Shown here in pieces: positions 1 through 12,188 of a DNA stretch of 64,000 nt. The stretch's first letter is position 1. Every line of letters begins with the position of its first letter. Origin of the DNA: Podospora anserina (taxonomy: Eukaryota); contig CM030335.1 in assembly GCA_017654855.1 (NCBI GenBank), forward strand, positions 1,240,001-1,304,000. The letters run 5' to 3'. The notes under the pieces were generated by a model. It had not been told where the DNA came from and did not search any database. It worked only from the letters and a program-made list of their open reading frames with translations. Made by a program: the position numbers and the translations under genes.

Positions 1-1257
1 AATCATCACCGCTGAGCTCATCTTCGATAGCAGCAAGCCTATCCGCCGTGGCCCTCCTGGCGGACGCGCCCTGGCGCTTGGTGCGAGCTGCTGCCGGGTC
101 GCTCTTGCTCGCGGTACCGCCCCCAGAACCCTTCGCACCGCCAGAAGCAAGACTAGCCTGCAAGGCATCATAGCGTTTCAACGCCTCTTTCGGGCCCCAG
201 ATTTCACCACCACCGTGCTCGTATTCGTAAGCGGCGAGCTTCTCGGCCGCGGCCTTCCTCGCAGCTTGGGCCTGGCGCTTAGCGCGAGCGGCTGGGTCGT
301 TCCGGACTTTACCACCGCGGGAGCCGGGGCCGCCTCTCGAACCTGGACCTCCGCCGCGGCCGCCTCGGGTAGAGGAGGCGGAGCTCGGGACGGCAATGAC
401 GGAGTCGTCGGCGCCGTTTCTGGAGTGGTCGTCCTTGTCCTTGGTGCTGTCCTTGTCGGCGCCAGCATGGTGCTCTGTGTCTTGGAGGAAGGTGTTGGGC
501 GCGTTTTTACGCAGCCAGTTGTGCACGGATACGGGGTTTCGAAGGGCGTAGTCGCGGGAGGTCTTCTCGCGGGAAGCGGCCGTCTCATCGGGGTGGGCTA
601 GGGGAGCGAGGGTGGGGAGCTGGTCGGTGTCGTCGAAGAGGCGGAGGTCGAGCTCGTAGAGGTAGTTATCTACATCGTCTGCGGTGAGGAAGGAGGGGGG
701 ATGGGGGGCGCCCTGGAGGGGGTCGACAGGGGAATCTCGGCCTGCTTGGAGATCGGAGACGAGGTCTGGGAAGTTTTCTGCAGCGGCAGCGTAAGGGATG
801 TGTGGGACCTCGCGGAGGAGCTTCTGGAAGGATTTGGTGGGTTTGGGGCATCGGTTTGGCGTTGATGGTCTGTCCATGTCAAGGCGGAGAGCGTCGTCAT
901 CGACTGGGGAGTCCACGCTAAGGTCAAATCGCTTCTCGGGCGGAATCTGGGCCGAGTTGTTGACATCTAGAAGGGTATCGAGCAGCCGACTTTTGAATGA
1001 TGATATTAGCAGGTGTGTACCAAATGGAGATGGACCAGCCATGTTGCTTACTCGTTTTGGATCGCGAGCCTCTTGGCCGTCGCCAGCGCCTTCTGCTCCA
1101 TCATGTGAAGATCCTCGTTGGCCTTCATCTTGTCATCGAAAACGATGCGCATCTTGCGATACTTCTTCTTCCATGACCGATATGATGGCTTTTCGCTGGT
1201 GGTTCTGACATTGTGGCCATCGTCCTCGTCCTTGATCCTGCGCGCATCGGCCTCCAT
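1..1257 (-). CDS. INO80 complex subunit Iec3-like; 2 exons (1257-1052, 989-<1), runs off the window start
   Basis: KPSYRSWKKKYRKMRIVFD..LAIQN joins via a GTAAGC..GCTAAT..AAG intron (1051-990) to DRLLDTLLDVNNSAQIPPEKR and later ALRNPVSVHNWLRKNAP, motifs I recall from fungal Iec3. Confidence 0.8.
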
Positions 1258-1751
1258 CGCTGCTTCTGGAGGCGTGTCCCGCCGGCAATCGTGGTGTTGC
1301 TAATTCGTGTAGAATGAAGTTCACGGAAGAAGACCGATTGAGAATATAGGTGCAAGGCAACCGGGTTGTGCGCCTGGCGTGTGGATCCGCGAAAGTCAAA
1401 AAAGCAGCAAGGCAGGTGAGCTTGTTGTCGTTTTTGGTGATGTGCTCTCTGGGCCTGGAGTTTGGACGCTTCGCAGTTGGAACTTGGATGGCGCGTTTTG
1501 CCCTTTGACAGCCAAACCCCTGAAGGTATAGTGACTTGAAATGGCGGGCGCAAACCGTTCAATGGGGCGTGCGTTTGAAGTACCGGTACTTGCAAGGCGG
1601 CACAGCTCCAGCCCAATCAGATCTTAATCAATCCCTGGTAGCATTTTCGAAATCTCAAAACCTCGCTCAAGACACCACCCGTCCCTCACATATTCACTTC
1701 TTCGCTCAGCCGCCTCGAGACCGAAACCTAGAGAGCCACTGGCAGTAGTAT

Positions 1752-2834
1752 ATGCTTCGCAACTTCATTCTAAAAATGACCGAGAACGCAGCGAAACGCC
1801 TCAAGACGGACAGTGGAGTGGTTGCCATTGGCACTCACAACGGTCACTTCCACGCTGATGAGGCCCTCGCAGTTTACATGCTGCGCAAGCACATCCCAAC
1901 CTACGCCAACGCCAAGCTGGTCCGCACCCGTGATCCCAAGCTTCTCGACGAGTGTGACATCGTCGTCGACGTCGGCGGCGAGTATGAGCCCGCCCGCCAC
2001 CGCTACGACCACCATCAGCGCAGTTTTTCCACCACCTTCCCCGAGCGGGCCACCAAGCTGAGCAGTGCTGGTTTGGTCTACATGCACTTTGGCAAGCAGA
2101 TCATCGCCCGCCGTCTCAGTCAGCCCGAGGAGAGCGAGCAAGTTGGGCTCGTGTGGAATAAGATCTATCAGAGCTTTGTTGAGGCCCTCGATGCCCACGA
2201 CAACGGCATCAGCGCCTACGATGCTGCCGGTCTTGCTGCCGCTGGTTTGGAAAAGAAGTTTTCGGACGGTGGTTTCACTCTCGGCGCCATGGTTGGCAGA
2301 CTGAACCCCAACTGGAACGAACCAATCCCCGAAGACCCCGTCGCCGCCCAAGCAGCTGAGGACCAGCGCTTCGAGCTTGCCAGCCAGCGCATTGGCGAGG
2401 AGTTTGACCGCGGCCTGGACTACTTCACCTCGGCCTGGTTGCCTGCTAGAGAGGTCGTTGCAGAGGCTTTCGCGGCGCGAAACGAGTTCGACGCTGGTGG
2501 CCGCATCATGGTCCTCAAGAAGCAGTCTGCCCCCTGGAAAGATCATCTTTACACCCTCGAGGAGCAGAACCCCGAGGCCGGCAAGGTTCTTTACGTTTTG
2601 TACCCCGAGAAGCCCACCCCCGACGCCAAGTGGAGGATCCAGTGTGTACCCGAGACCAAGGACTCGTTCCAGAGCCGGAAGCCATTGCCTGAGGCCTGGA
2701 GGGGCTTCCGCGATGAGGAGCTTGACGGCATCTCTGGTGTGCCAGGCTCTGTTTTTGTGCATGCCGCTGGCTTCATCGGCGGCAACAATACCTTTGATGG
2801 TGCTCTTGCCATGGCCCAGAAAGCTCTTCTATGA
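1752..2834 (+). CDS. MYG1: MYG1 family (UPF0160) metal-dependent hydrolase/exonuclease
   Basis: Intronless 360 aa ORF with IGTHNGHFHADEALA, VDVGG, YDHHQ, KLSSAGLVY, DAHDNG and FVHAAGFIGG. Confidence 0.93.
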   Translation: MLRNFILKMTENAAKRLKTDSGVVAIGTHNGHFHADEALAVYMLRKHIPTYANAKLVRTRDPKLLDECDIVVDVGGEYEPARHRYDHHQRSFSTTFPERATKLSSAGLVYMHFGKQIIARRLSQPEESEQVGLVWNKIYQSFVEALDAHDNGISAYDAAGLAAAGLEKKFSDGGFTLGAMVGRLNPNWNEPIPEDPVAAQAAEDQRFELASQRIGEEFDRGLDYFTSAWLPAREVVAEAFAARNEFDAGGRIMVLKKQSAPWKDHLYTLEEQNPEAGKVLYVLYPEKPTPDAKWRIQCVPETKDSFQSRKPLPEAWRGFRDEELDGISGVPGSVFVHAAGFIGGNNTFDGALAMAQKALL

Positions 2835-3678
2835 AGCCCAATCTGCCAGGAGTTTGAGACGTTGATTAGCCCATTGCTGCCCAAGCGGGGCTCCTGTGAT
2901 TGAAAAAGGATGGGCGCATTGGGGTTGTAGGCTGCCATAGAGATGCATTGTGTCACTACATACGGCCATCAAAATGGCAAGCCGCCGAGGTCAAGACAGG
3001 TAGTTGATAGTAGCTTGGCTGCATTGTCTTTGTCGCCCTCATCGACCACCCCCAGTGAGTTCACGGCATTGATCAAGTCCGTGGATAACCAAAGGAGCTC
3101 GCACTTCTGCAGAGAGCTCAGATTACTTCTTCCTATCAATCTCGAAGGAAGTGTTAAAGTAATACATACTTTAAATAAAAATAGAAGTCAAAAAAGCAAA
3201 GAAGCTCAAATTTGAGGCTATTACCTTGTGTGCTCATATTCAAATTTCACATCCCAATGCTTCTCCAGTCTCGAAACTCACACTAGGCCCGCATTCTGTC
3301 CAGTAGATGGCTGAATCAGCTTTCCATTCTGAGTGTCAATATTGACGAGAAAACGTGTGGCGGGCGGGCTTGGGGGTGCGAAACAAACAATGAACCCCCC
3401 GCAGCGAAACACCACCCAGTATGTCAAGTTCCAATTTTCAATAAATTCAGAGAAGATAATACCGATGCCCTTCCTCGCTCTTCTCTCCCCATCCCTTCCT
3501 ACATTGTTCGTCATGATCGTTCATACATCAAACAGTAACCAACATCCGCAACAGGGAACCCGGGCCCTTTCCCCCAACCCAAAGAAATACAGAACGCCCG
3601 CAGACACCAACAAAAGAGTTAAAAAGAAAATAGCAAGCCCTCATATCTCGTAATTTGAGTTGCCTCGAGTGCAACAGC

Positions 3679-3702
<24 letters not shown>
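3679..3702. repeat. (CT)n microsatellite
   Basis: ctctctctctctctctctctctct, downstream of the endosulfine gene. Confidence 0.9.
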
Positions 3703-3709
<7 letters not shown>

Positions 3710-3796
3710 TTCATCTTTCTGCCTTCGGTTTTGCCCCCTGTTGTCCATACCCCTTCTCTGGCCATCCTTGGCAGTAATCACGTACAAATTGTGTGT

Positions 3797-4364
3797 TTAT
3801 CGTCTAGTCGGAAGCTCGTCCTGAGCGGTGGGTGTAACAGCCGGCTCGGCACCAGCCTGACCGTTCTCTGCACCGGCACCAGAGACCGGGACCCCCTTCT
3901 CGAGCTCCTCGGCACTGGTCTCCCGGTTAAGAAAGCTGCTCTCTTTGACGGGGCTGCCTGCCTGCATGCTGACATTGTGATGCTGATGGTGATGGTGGGG
4001 ATGGAGGATGCTCCCAATGCCGTTGGGTCCGCTGACGGGGCTCGACAGATGGGGGATGTTCTCGGGGACGGGGTGCTGGCTGCCAACGGAGCCCGTGTCG
4101 ACGCTGTCGCCCTTTCCGGCCTTGCTCATCGCGTAGTCGCCGCTGTCAAAGTACTTGCGCTCCTTGAGATGCTTGGCGAGGTGGTTCGACTTGCTGGGGA
4201 GCTTGCCGTAGAGCCGGACGAGGCGCTGCTCCTCAGGGGAGAGGGACTAGGTGGCGGAAGAAAGAGTGTCAGTTGGATTCTGAATTCATCCCTATCCAGG
4301 GACAGGAAAGGCCATGGGAGACTGAACACACCTCGACATTGATCTTCGCCTGGTGGGGATTCAT
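3797..4364 (-). CDS. Endosulfine/ARPP-19 (Igo1/Igo2-like) phosphoprotein; exons 4364-4332 and 4246-3797
   Basis: Spliced reading MNPHQAKINVE|SLSPEEQRLVRLYGKLP..KERKYFDSGDYAMSKAG contains the FDSGDY Greatwall/Rim15 phosphosite motif; GT..AG intron 4331-4247. Confidence 0.9.
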
Positions 4365-5709
4365 GATTGCGGCCTGGCTTTCTTTGGCGAATGGACGGCT
4401 TGGTGGTGGTTGCTCAAGAACAAAACTGAATCGCTAAAACGAATCGAAGGTTCCTCGCTCGATATGTGTGTGTGTCGGGATGTGATGGTCGCGATGGTGA
4501 AAAAGAGAGTAGACGCTTTCCCCTAGATGGATTTGCTGAAATGGCGGGTCAAGGTTTTGATTCTTGTCTGGTATTCTTGCGTCAAGAGAGGGGCATGATC
4601 GAGCTTCTGGACAGGACGGGAGGTGGGATGTCACTTCGTTCCGCTTGGGTAGCGCCAGGCTGCTTAACCACTGGTCACCTGCTAACAATTGGCACTGCAG
4701 TGCCGTAGGTACTTATGCTCACAACTGGGTGGCTGGTTGCTGGGAACCTCAAAGAAAACGGGGCATTTAGTAAAAAGAGGAAGTAAAGTAAAAAGCTCTT
4801 TGTTTTGGAGGTTGGAATGATAAAAATTAATCAACTCTGAACAGGAACATTGCCTTGGAAACGTTCTGATTATAATGGCCCTCTTATAATGTTTTCCAAC
4901 TCACAGGTTCATTGACCCAAACCCAAACCCGGGGCATCCGCCACCCACCTTGATATACCTCGCTTTAGGTAATCCTACACTGGACCTGCCTACCTGATAC
5001 CATCTGATCACTTCCAATAAACTGTCGGGCTTCACAATTTGTTTTGCAACACCGCCGACTTTATGCAACACTGTTGAGGAAACTGGGCATTCCTTGCACC
5101 TCTCTGTCGTCTGTTATAGAGATACTTCCAACCTCAGAATCAACCACGGGACGTCAGCCAGTGGAAAAAGCACAAGCCACATGCTGCCCTCCGCTCCCTG
5201 AGCCATCCAACCCATGAACAGGCTACCGTCTAACAAAGACTTGCGTCAAACATCCCGATTAACTCGATCCATTATCACGCGATACATGTAATTCCAAAAT
5301 GCAACAAAATCTAATCTCTATGTATGTCATGCAATGTGATCTCTGTAAATAAATTCTACCATGTTTCCCTGGCTCTAGTTCTTGGCAACATGTCTGGTCT
5401 GGAAACAAGGCTCGCCAGGGAGCGCCAGTGCGATGAGCCTTTGTCATTCTATGCATTGTAGATTCTGTCAATCAGGCTATAGTGATCAAACAGACGGTGA
5501 ATTTGACGTACTTCAGGTGTACAAAGCCATCCATGCCCTTGGGCGAGTAGCTAGAGCCGTGGACGAGAGCAAACTTATTCCTTGTAGTAACACGCTACAC
5601 GCTTGGCCACGAATTCCCAGAAAAGACTAATAACCAGAGAAACTACATTGCATTCACCCATTCATGGAAAGATAATCTAACCAGCCACTCTACTCGGCTG
5701 GGAAAGCTG

Positions 5710-6546
5710 TCACAGCCTCGCCAGCCTCGAACCCATAGGCCCCAAGTCTTGAGGCTTGGAGGCCGGGGTCAACTCAACAACAACCCCCTGTTTTCCTTCC
5801 CCTTCAGCCTTGAAGTAGATCTCTTGACAGTCCTCTTCCCCCTGTCCATTCGCAAACTGCACCACCAGAAAATCAAGGGCTGTGCCAGGCTTCCCAACAG
5901 CCACCATGGGCGCGTGCCAAGTCCCCGCACCGTATGTCACAGCTTGCTTGCCTGTGGCAACGAAGGCACGCAGTCCGCTGAGATCGGGAAGTCCCCTGCC
6001 AGGGAGGGGGCGGGGATAAGAGGCTCCTGCTTGGTCTGTGGTCGTGAGATTCGCTGGAACTGGCAAATCTGCGTCTGCATCAGCGGGTGGGAGGGTAGGC
6101 GCCACGATAACAAGATAGTGCTGATTTTCAGGTGCCGAGAGAGGGATAAAAGTCTGGGTTGTGAAAGGATGGCGCTCCAATACACGCACAGGGAATGCGG
6201 TAGCTGGTTGTGGTGGTTGTGACGGTGACGCGGACGAGGTTGGGATACTGATCCGTGAAGCACAGATGAAGATGTTCATTACCGAGACCCCTGGGACGGC
6301 ACTGGGAGCCTGGGGGTAGAGGTTTATTTGACGAGAGACATGTTGATATTTAATGGCTGAGCCTTGGTTGGCGGAGATTCCATCAAAGGGGAGTGAGGGT
6401 ACTGATGTGGCAGAGAATGGGTGCAAGTCTGGTCGAGGGTTGTTGATCACGTCCCCGAACGGAGCGAAAGCTTCCCGGGTGAGGGGTACCGCTTCGACCA
6501 CCAGTTTTGGAACAGTAAGCGTGATGTTCTTGGTTGGAGAAGGCAT
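5710..6546 (-). CDS. DAL3: Ureidoglycolate lyase (Dal3/AllA family)
   Basis: PLTREAFAPFGDV, ANQGSA, LERHPFTTQTFIP and YGAGTWHAPM motifs. Confidence 0.88.
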   Translation of the reverse strand: MPSPTKNITLTVPKLVVEAVPLTREAFAPFGDVINNPRPDLHPFSATSVPSLPFDGISANQGSAIKYQHVSRQINLYPQAPSAVPGVSVMNIFICASRISIPTSSASPSQPPQPATAFPVRVLERHPFTTQTFIPLSAPENQHYLVIVAPTLPPADADADLPVPANLTTTDQAGASYPRPLPGRGLPDLSGLRAFVATGKQAVTYGAGTWHAPMVAVGKPGTALDFLVVQFANGQGEEDCQEIYFKAEGEGKQGVVVELTPASKPQDLGPMGSRLARL

Positions 6547-8054
6547 ATTGAAAGAGCGAGGCGCCAGTTACCCAATTCCGGTGATGAATCGAACGCGGCA
6601 ACGGTGATGTTGATGACGGTCCCGGTGTTACGGTCGGTTTATTGAGTGGCTCCCTGGAAGTAACAGAAGATGGTGGGGTCTGCGGCCCCCTCCGAGAGGC
6701 ATATGGCGACAGATCGGAGCATTTTCTTCGTGCACCAATACCATCACACTAGCATAATCATCTCAAACAAGAAAACCACTTTCCAAGCAGCTCGGTAATT
6801 AAATTCCTTATCGTTTACCATGATGCGTTGCCAATGTCTCGTCTCTGATTGAAGCGGCAATGCGTGCCACACACTCTACCAAAATAACAGCTCGAGCCCG
6901 GGTTCCAAAAGACAAACATCGGCTGTCACTCTCTCCGCACAATACGTTTGCGGTTCACGTTATGGGGTAAACAGACATGGGCTCTAGGTAGGCGGGTTAA
7001 CAATCTCTACCTGTTTTAGACGTGCTAACAATGTTGCTTGAGACTCATGCCGTTGTTTGTTCAGAGTAGCCAGCTCCCAAGGACACCATACATCCATGGC
7101 AATCATTGAGCAAGTGTCCTCACATCATACTCGACAGACATGGGCATCTATACAGCTGATTCAACCAGTTCTGTAGTCTCAAAGCACATCCGAACACCCG
7201 GGAGGGGTTTCCTATTTTTAGCCCTCGCCAATGATTATACACGGAACGGCAATCTCTCGATTTTGCGGCTACCAATCCCTCCCGGTCCTCAATATCGAGC
7301 CTCGGGGTTGGGTGGACAAGGATTCCTGCGAGGACGTCCACCAGAGGCGTCATCCATCGTCCTGGCCTCACCACGGAGAGCTTTTCCGTTTGGACAATCC
7401 ACACCAGAAACCCAAAGCAAGAACTGGCCGACAGCGGTACCTGCCTCCTATATCTTGAGTTGGACACCATAAGTGATCTCCAGGCCCTTGCGGCCGGTAA
7501 CAGACGGGCTCGGTTAGATTGTCCATATCATCATTACTCATAATGAATATTACATGACAGGAGACAAAACAAGGTCTTCTGCCAGGCGCCCCTCCGCCAT
7601 GTTGCCGGACTTCACACCCAACACTCCCCAGGATATCCGGGTATGTTAAGTCCCACGCAGCGGACATATAATTGTCAGCTGGGATAGGACGGCTGCTCGC
7701 AAATAAGAGGCTATCTGCTAAGCGGGCATGTATTGCAATCACTAGGGCTGTCTTCTAACAGGCTGAATGCAAGTCAATATGATGATCCTGCGATGCAATA
7801 TGGTTCTATCTCTCACTGTTCCAAACACCCAGGTATCTGGTCCCTTGGACACAGCGGCCCTTTCCAGTATCCCTGTCGGAATGTCACCGAACTAGTTAAA
7901 CGATAGGATTCGATGACAACGAAGTTTGAGTGGTCCCAAAGTCCCGGATCAGGGCAAACGTTGATATAAGTTAACACAGCCCGAGTCCCCTTGCGTCCGC
8001 CAGGATTGTCAGCTCTCACGGCTACCGTAATCCAGCTCTGTTGTTCTAAATAAG

Positions 8055-9570
8055 ATGGGGCAAAGCAGTTTGAAGTGTCTCTGGGCACTGTTCATGTTTC
8101 TGGCTATCGGCTTCGGTACCGCGTGTACGAGCTACGGTGTTGACTATTCCAACGGAGGCGCATATAACATTGACGGCTCATCGAACCAATATTTCAGTTT
8201 CGTCACTATATTTCAAGGTAGGCGGCTGCTTGGGTTGAGCATGACGACCTGTAAAAGCAGACGTGCTGATGTTGCCCGGCAGGATGTGATCAAGAGTCGA
8301 TCAGCCCGGTCCTCATCGGGCCAGACAACAACCAATATGCGTGTTCAGCCATCAGGACCGAGCAAGCCGGTGTACAAGTCACATCGACCTGGTAAGAAAG
8401 AACGCTGTCCAGAAAAAGAATTGCGAGTTGACTCTGTGCTAGTGGCATTCCTTTCTCGGCCATGAAGTCAGGGAACTGGAAGATTATTCTATCCGGAACC
8501 CAAGTTTCATCACAACGCACCTTCTCGGTAACAGTCGGCACGCCTGAAACTACCTGGGTCACGGTAAGAAGGGTGTGTCCAACCACATGAAGGCCATCAC
8601 TTAACAAGACATCTGCAGGCGACACCAACCGTTGTTGTCGGCGTTACTACTACAGCAAGAGCCTCGACTGTTTTGACTACCATTGTGCAGACTCAGACTC
8701 TGATCATCGTACCCCGAACCATTACTGCAGCATGTAGCGGACCTACCCGGACAGTCACAAGCTATCCACAAGCACCGACGGCCACAGTCAGATCGACGGT
8801 CACCCGGACAGCAACTGATGGGCAGATAACAAGTTACTGGACCACCATAGTCACAACAACAGCAAAGTGCAATTATCCTACCAGTACGTTATATTCCTGA
8901 TCTGGCAGGTGTAAGAATGCTGAAGCGGCCATGGTGGTGTGGCGAGAGGGACGAGAGAAGGCTCCAGCGAAGACACTCTGGTTCTAATGTCACTGTGTTA
9001 GGAAAACGAGATGTAGCTGCGACTCCCGCCGCACAGGTCGCCGCAATCACATCGACATACACACAAACCACATATACAGTCACCAGGACAACTACGACAA
9101 CTGTTGCTGGAAGGGTGACTACCGAAACTGGTGAGTTCATCGGCTGTCCTAAAACGCCTTCTTTCCTTCGTAATGAATGTATGCTAATCCGAAGTAAAAC
9201 AGTCCTTCGAACTACGACAGCCACAGTGTAAGCACCCTTCCGTAGCAACAGCACTCTCCTCGCTCTTCTCATCTGGCAGCTAACACTGGTCTTCTCTCCA
9301 GCACCCCTCCGCCATCAACGGCATGCGTAGGAAACGCACCTGGTTCCACTGTGACTGTTATCAGGACACAGAGCGCCGTAACCGAAACGAACGTTGTCTA
9401 TTTAACGAGCCATCTGTCTGGCACTGTCTGGGTTGGGTATGTGGCTGCGTTACTCCATTTTACTGATAGGTGCTAACAGTATTCTCTTTAGCCAAACGCA
9501 ATACACTACAATTTCCAACCCTGTCAGCGCTACAGCTTGTTGGAGAGCTGGTGGGTGGTATGGAAAGTAG
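8055..9570 (+). CDS. Multi-exon secreted Thr-rich hypothetical protein
   Basis: Signal-peptide-like N-terminus. About 7 short GT-AG introns (e.g. 8218-8282, 8884-9001) join CTSYGVDYSNGG..CDQESISP..GIPFSAM..Thr-rich..RKRD..ATACWRAGGWYGK*. Internal boundaries partly approximate. Confidence 0.75.
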
Positions 9571-9891
9571 TAGCCTACGACATCCACATGAGCACTCCAG
9601 ATCCTCGGAGAGAGATCTGCAATTGCCTGACAATTGTTTGCGGGCATGTTGAAGGATTGTGAATAACATTATCCTGGCACTTTCAGATACGCCGCAAAGG
9701 TTGGAGCATTCGATATACTTGATCATCGTACAACACTGGCCATCGGATTTTTGACGATAAATGTGTCCAAGTACTCATGCACAACACTCTTCCAGTTCCA
9801 TTATGGGGAGAAGCGTTTAGTGTTAAGGGTATAAGTAAAGACTCTTAAACCAGGCCCGTGAATAACCATGTCTGTGATCGTGAAGTTGACT

Positions 9892-12188
9892 TCAAACATC
9901 GTCATCTTCATCGCCTGCAAGCCATATCTCATGCCCATTACCCTCGTGTACGAAGAGACTTGCCACAATCCCACCTATCGCAATTGCGCTGAGGCACCAG
10001 AATACAGCACCAACAACGCCCCGTGCCAGACCCTGCCCATACAAAAACCCTCCTAAGAAGGGGCCCACTGTCCTTGAAAGACTCGAGACGCTCTGCCCAA
10101 TGCCATGCACTGTCCCCAGTACGCTTGGATGCGGCGTACAATTATTTACCAGAATCGTCTGAGCAGGCAGTGCAAATGTCCGGCCAATGACATGGAAACA
10201 AAGCACGCCCGCGATGGCAAGCCACACAACAAAACCATCCTTGGGTGCCGGCGGCAGAGAGAAAGAGGGGACCAAGCTCAGATAAGGTGCGATGAAGTAG
10301 GTAAAGGGGAAAAAGAGCAGAAATAACCGCCAGCTCCGGACGGTGCCGAGCCGGGCCGAAAGCCAGGGATAGGTGCCAAGCTGGAGAGCAATACCAAGAA
10401 CACCCAGGATAGCCATGGCCATGCCGACTTCACGAGGATGTAGACCGAGACCTCCAGTGAATATAAACGGAAGATGCCGTTGGAAGGCGTCGGGTGATTC
10501 TGGGCCTTTGGCTGGATCGTAGACTGGGGTTGAGAGAAATACGAACCAGAGTGAGTTGAACGTGCCCACGTGAAGGGACAGAAGACAGCTAGCTGTGAAC
10601 GTGGAGACTACGTTTGGCGTGAAGATGCGGCGGAAAGGGAGTCGTTGTGTGTAGCGTCGTCTGGCATATTTTGGCTTGAAAGGGGCTACATCTGAAATGG
10701 AGGACTGCTGGGAGTCTGTGCCATGGGTAAGAGGGTGGGTTTCGATATCGATGGTGGTAGGGTCTTCAGTGGAAAGGCGTGCGTACCCCCCCTTGGATCT
10801 CTTGCGAGATACCCACAGTTTTATGCTCTGTCCAATTTCCAAGCCTCTATCACGTTGGTCGGCGCAAAGGTCAAGTGTCTGTGGAGAATTAGTATTGGTG
10901 AAAGGATAATACGATGAGCTGGGTCACAGCACTCACTTCTTCGAGAAATAGCCACACAAGAAGCATAGCACAGAAGAGAAAGATTGCCGAGAGGATGTTC
11001 GGGGCAGCATACGGGAACTCATGGAAGAACCATACGTCTCCGAATAGGGATGGGTAGCTACTTGCTGGATCGGAAAGGATACCACCAAGTACTGCAGCCA
11101 TAATGTGTTAGTGAGCACCCAGAAAGTCCTGCTTGATACGTACTCGGTCCAATGATAGTCCCAATGTTGAAGGTCATTGGAAGTAGAAGAAATGCTCGCG
11201 ACTGATATCTATTATACCGGTTAGAGCTCGCCCACCGTGCCACTTGACTGTAAGCATACTTTTTCTCCTGTACCGTTTCACTGATCCTGCAAGATAAAAT
11301 GGATATTAGCGAGATGCTTGGGTTGTTAGCAGAGGCATTATCCTACATGGTTCTCAACACTCCCACGTTCCCATTGGTGATCCCGCCGAGAGACCTGAAG
11401 AAGAGGGCTTGCCAAAAGGTGGTCGAAAAGCCAAATCCGAGGCACGAGATCACTAGACATAAATATGATGAGCCAAACTGCAACAAGGTGATGGGTTCTC
11501 GGGTCAGTCTTACTTGTCCCAGCAAGGCCAATGAGCAAGACGGTTTTGCGACCAAACCGGCGGGAATCAGCAACTCGACCCCACATCATTGATGTCACGA
11601 ACTGAGCGGCAGTGAAGCTAGCACTACATGATGCCACCGGACAAAGTCAGTCTCGTGCCACTTGCTGCCTAGTGGTGGTGGTTTACACATGAGGACTGGA
11701 ATAGCACGAACTGCAAGATGCCTGCCTGGCTTGAAATGACAGAATCTGGCAGGCTTGTGTCAAACCATTTCAGTTGGTAAAACATATATGACTACAGCTT
11801 TATTAGCCAGGATCCAACGATCGCTGTGATGCCGTAGAAGCCCTACCTGTAATGATGTCTGCACAAGTGGTTCACTCAACCTGGCAAGGGTGATAACGGT
11901 GAGTTGGTCTTTGCGCGGAAGGTCTCTCCAGGCGACCGTCTTCGCACCAGAAGGAGTCTGAGAGATATTGGCGTTGAGCCCCGAAGGTGTCACACCGGGC
12001 ATGATTCCAGCGATTGATACGGTGCTGTTGGTGCCGTGACTTGAAGCAGAAGACTCGGCTTGTAACTCCGAGTCGGAGAGCAACCTGGAGTTTATGGATC
12101 CGTCGTCTTGATTGTCGCCAGTAGGGTAGCTTGCTGGGGCCGTGGCCGTGGTCTCAACAGCCCCTCCATGACCGGAATTGCTACTCAT
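9892..12188 (-). CDS. Major facilitator superfamily transporter (YCR023C/ZIFL-like), multi-exon
   Basis: LARLSEPLVQTSLQ, WGRVADSRRFGRK (MFS motif A), GNVGVLRTM, FNIGTIIGP and LGTVHGIGQSVSSLSRTVGP on successive exons. Confidence 0.88.

Noticed and set aside
1770-2762. 330 aa ORF antisense to MYG1, and similar shadow ORFs at 3731-4342 and 19349-20197
   Set aside because: They lie opposite well-supported genes with biased codon usage and show no recognisable motifs.
6978-7472. Possible small gene around the 110 aa ORF at 7140-7472
   Set aside because: No recognisable domain and no convincing exon structure could be built by eye.
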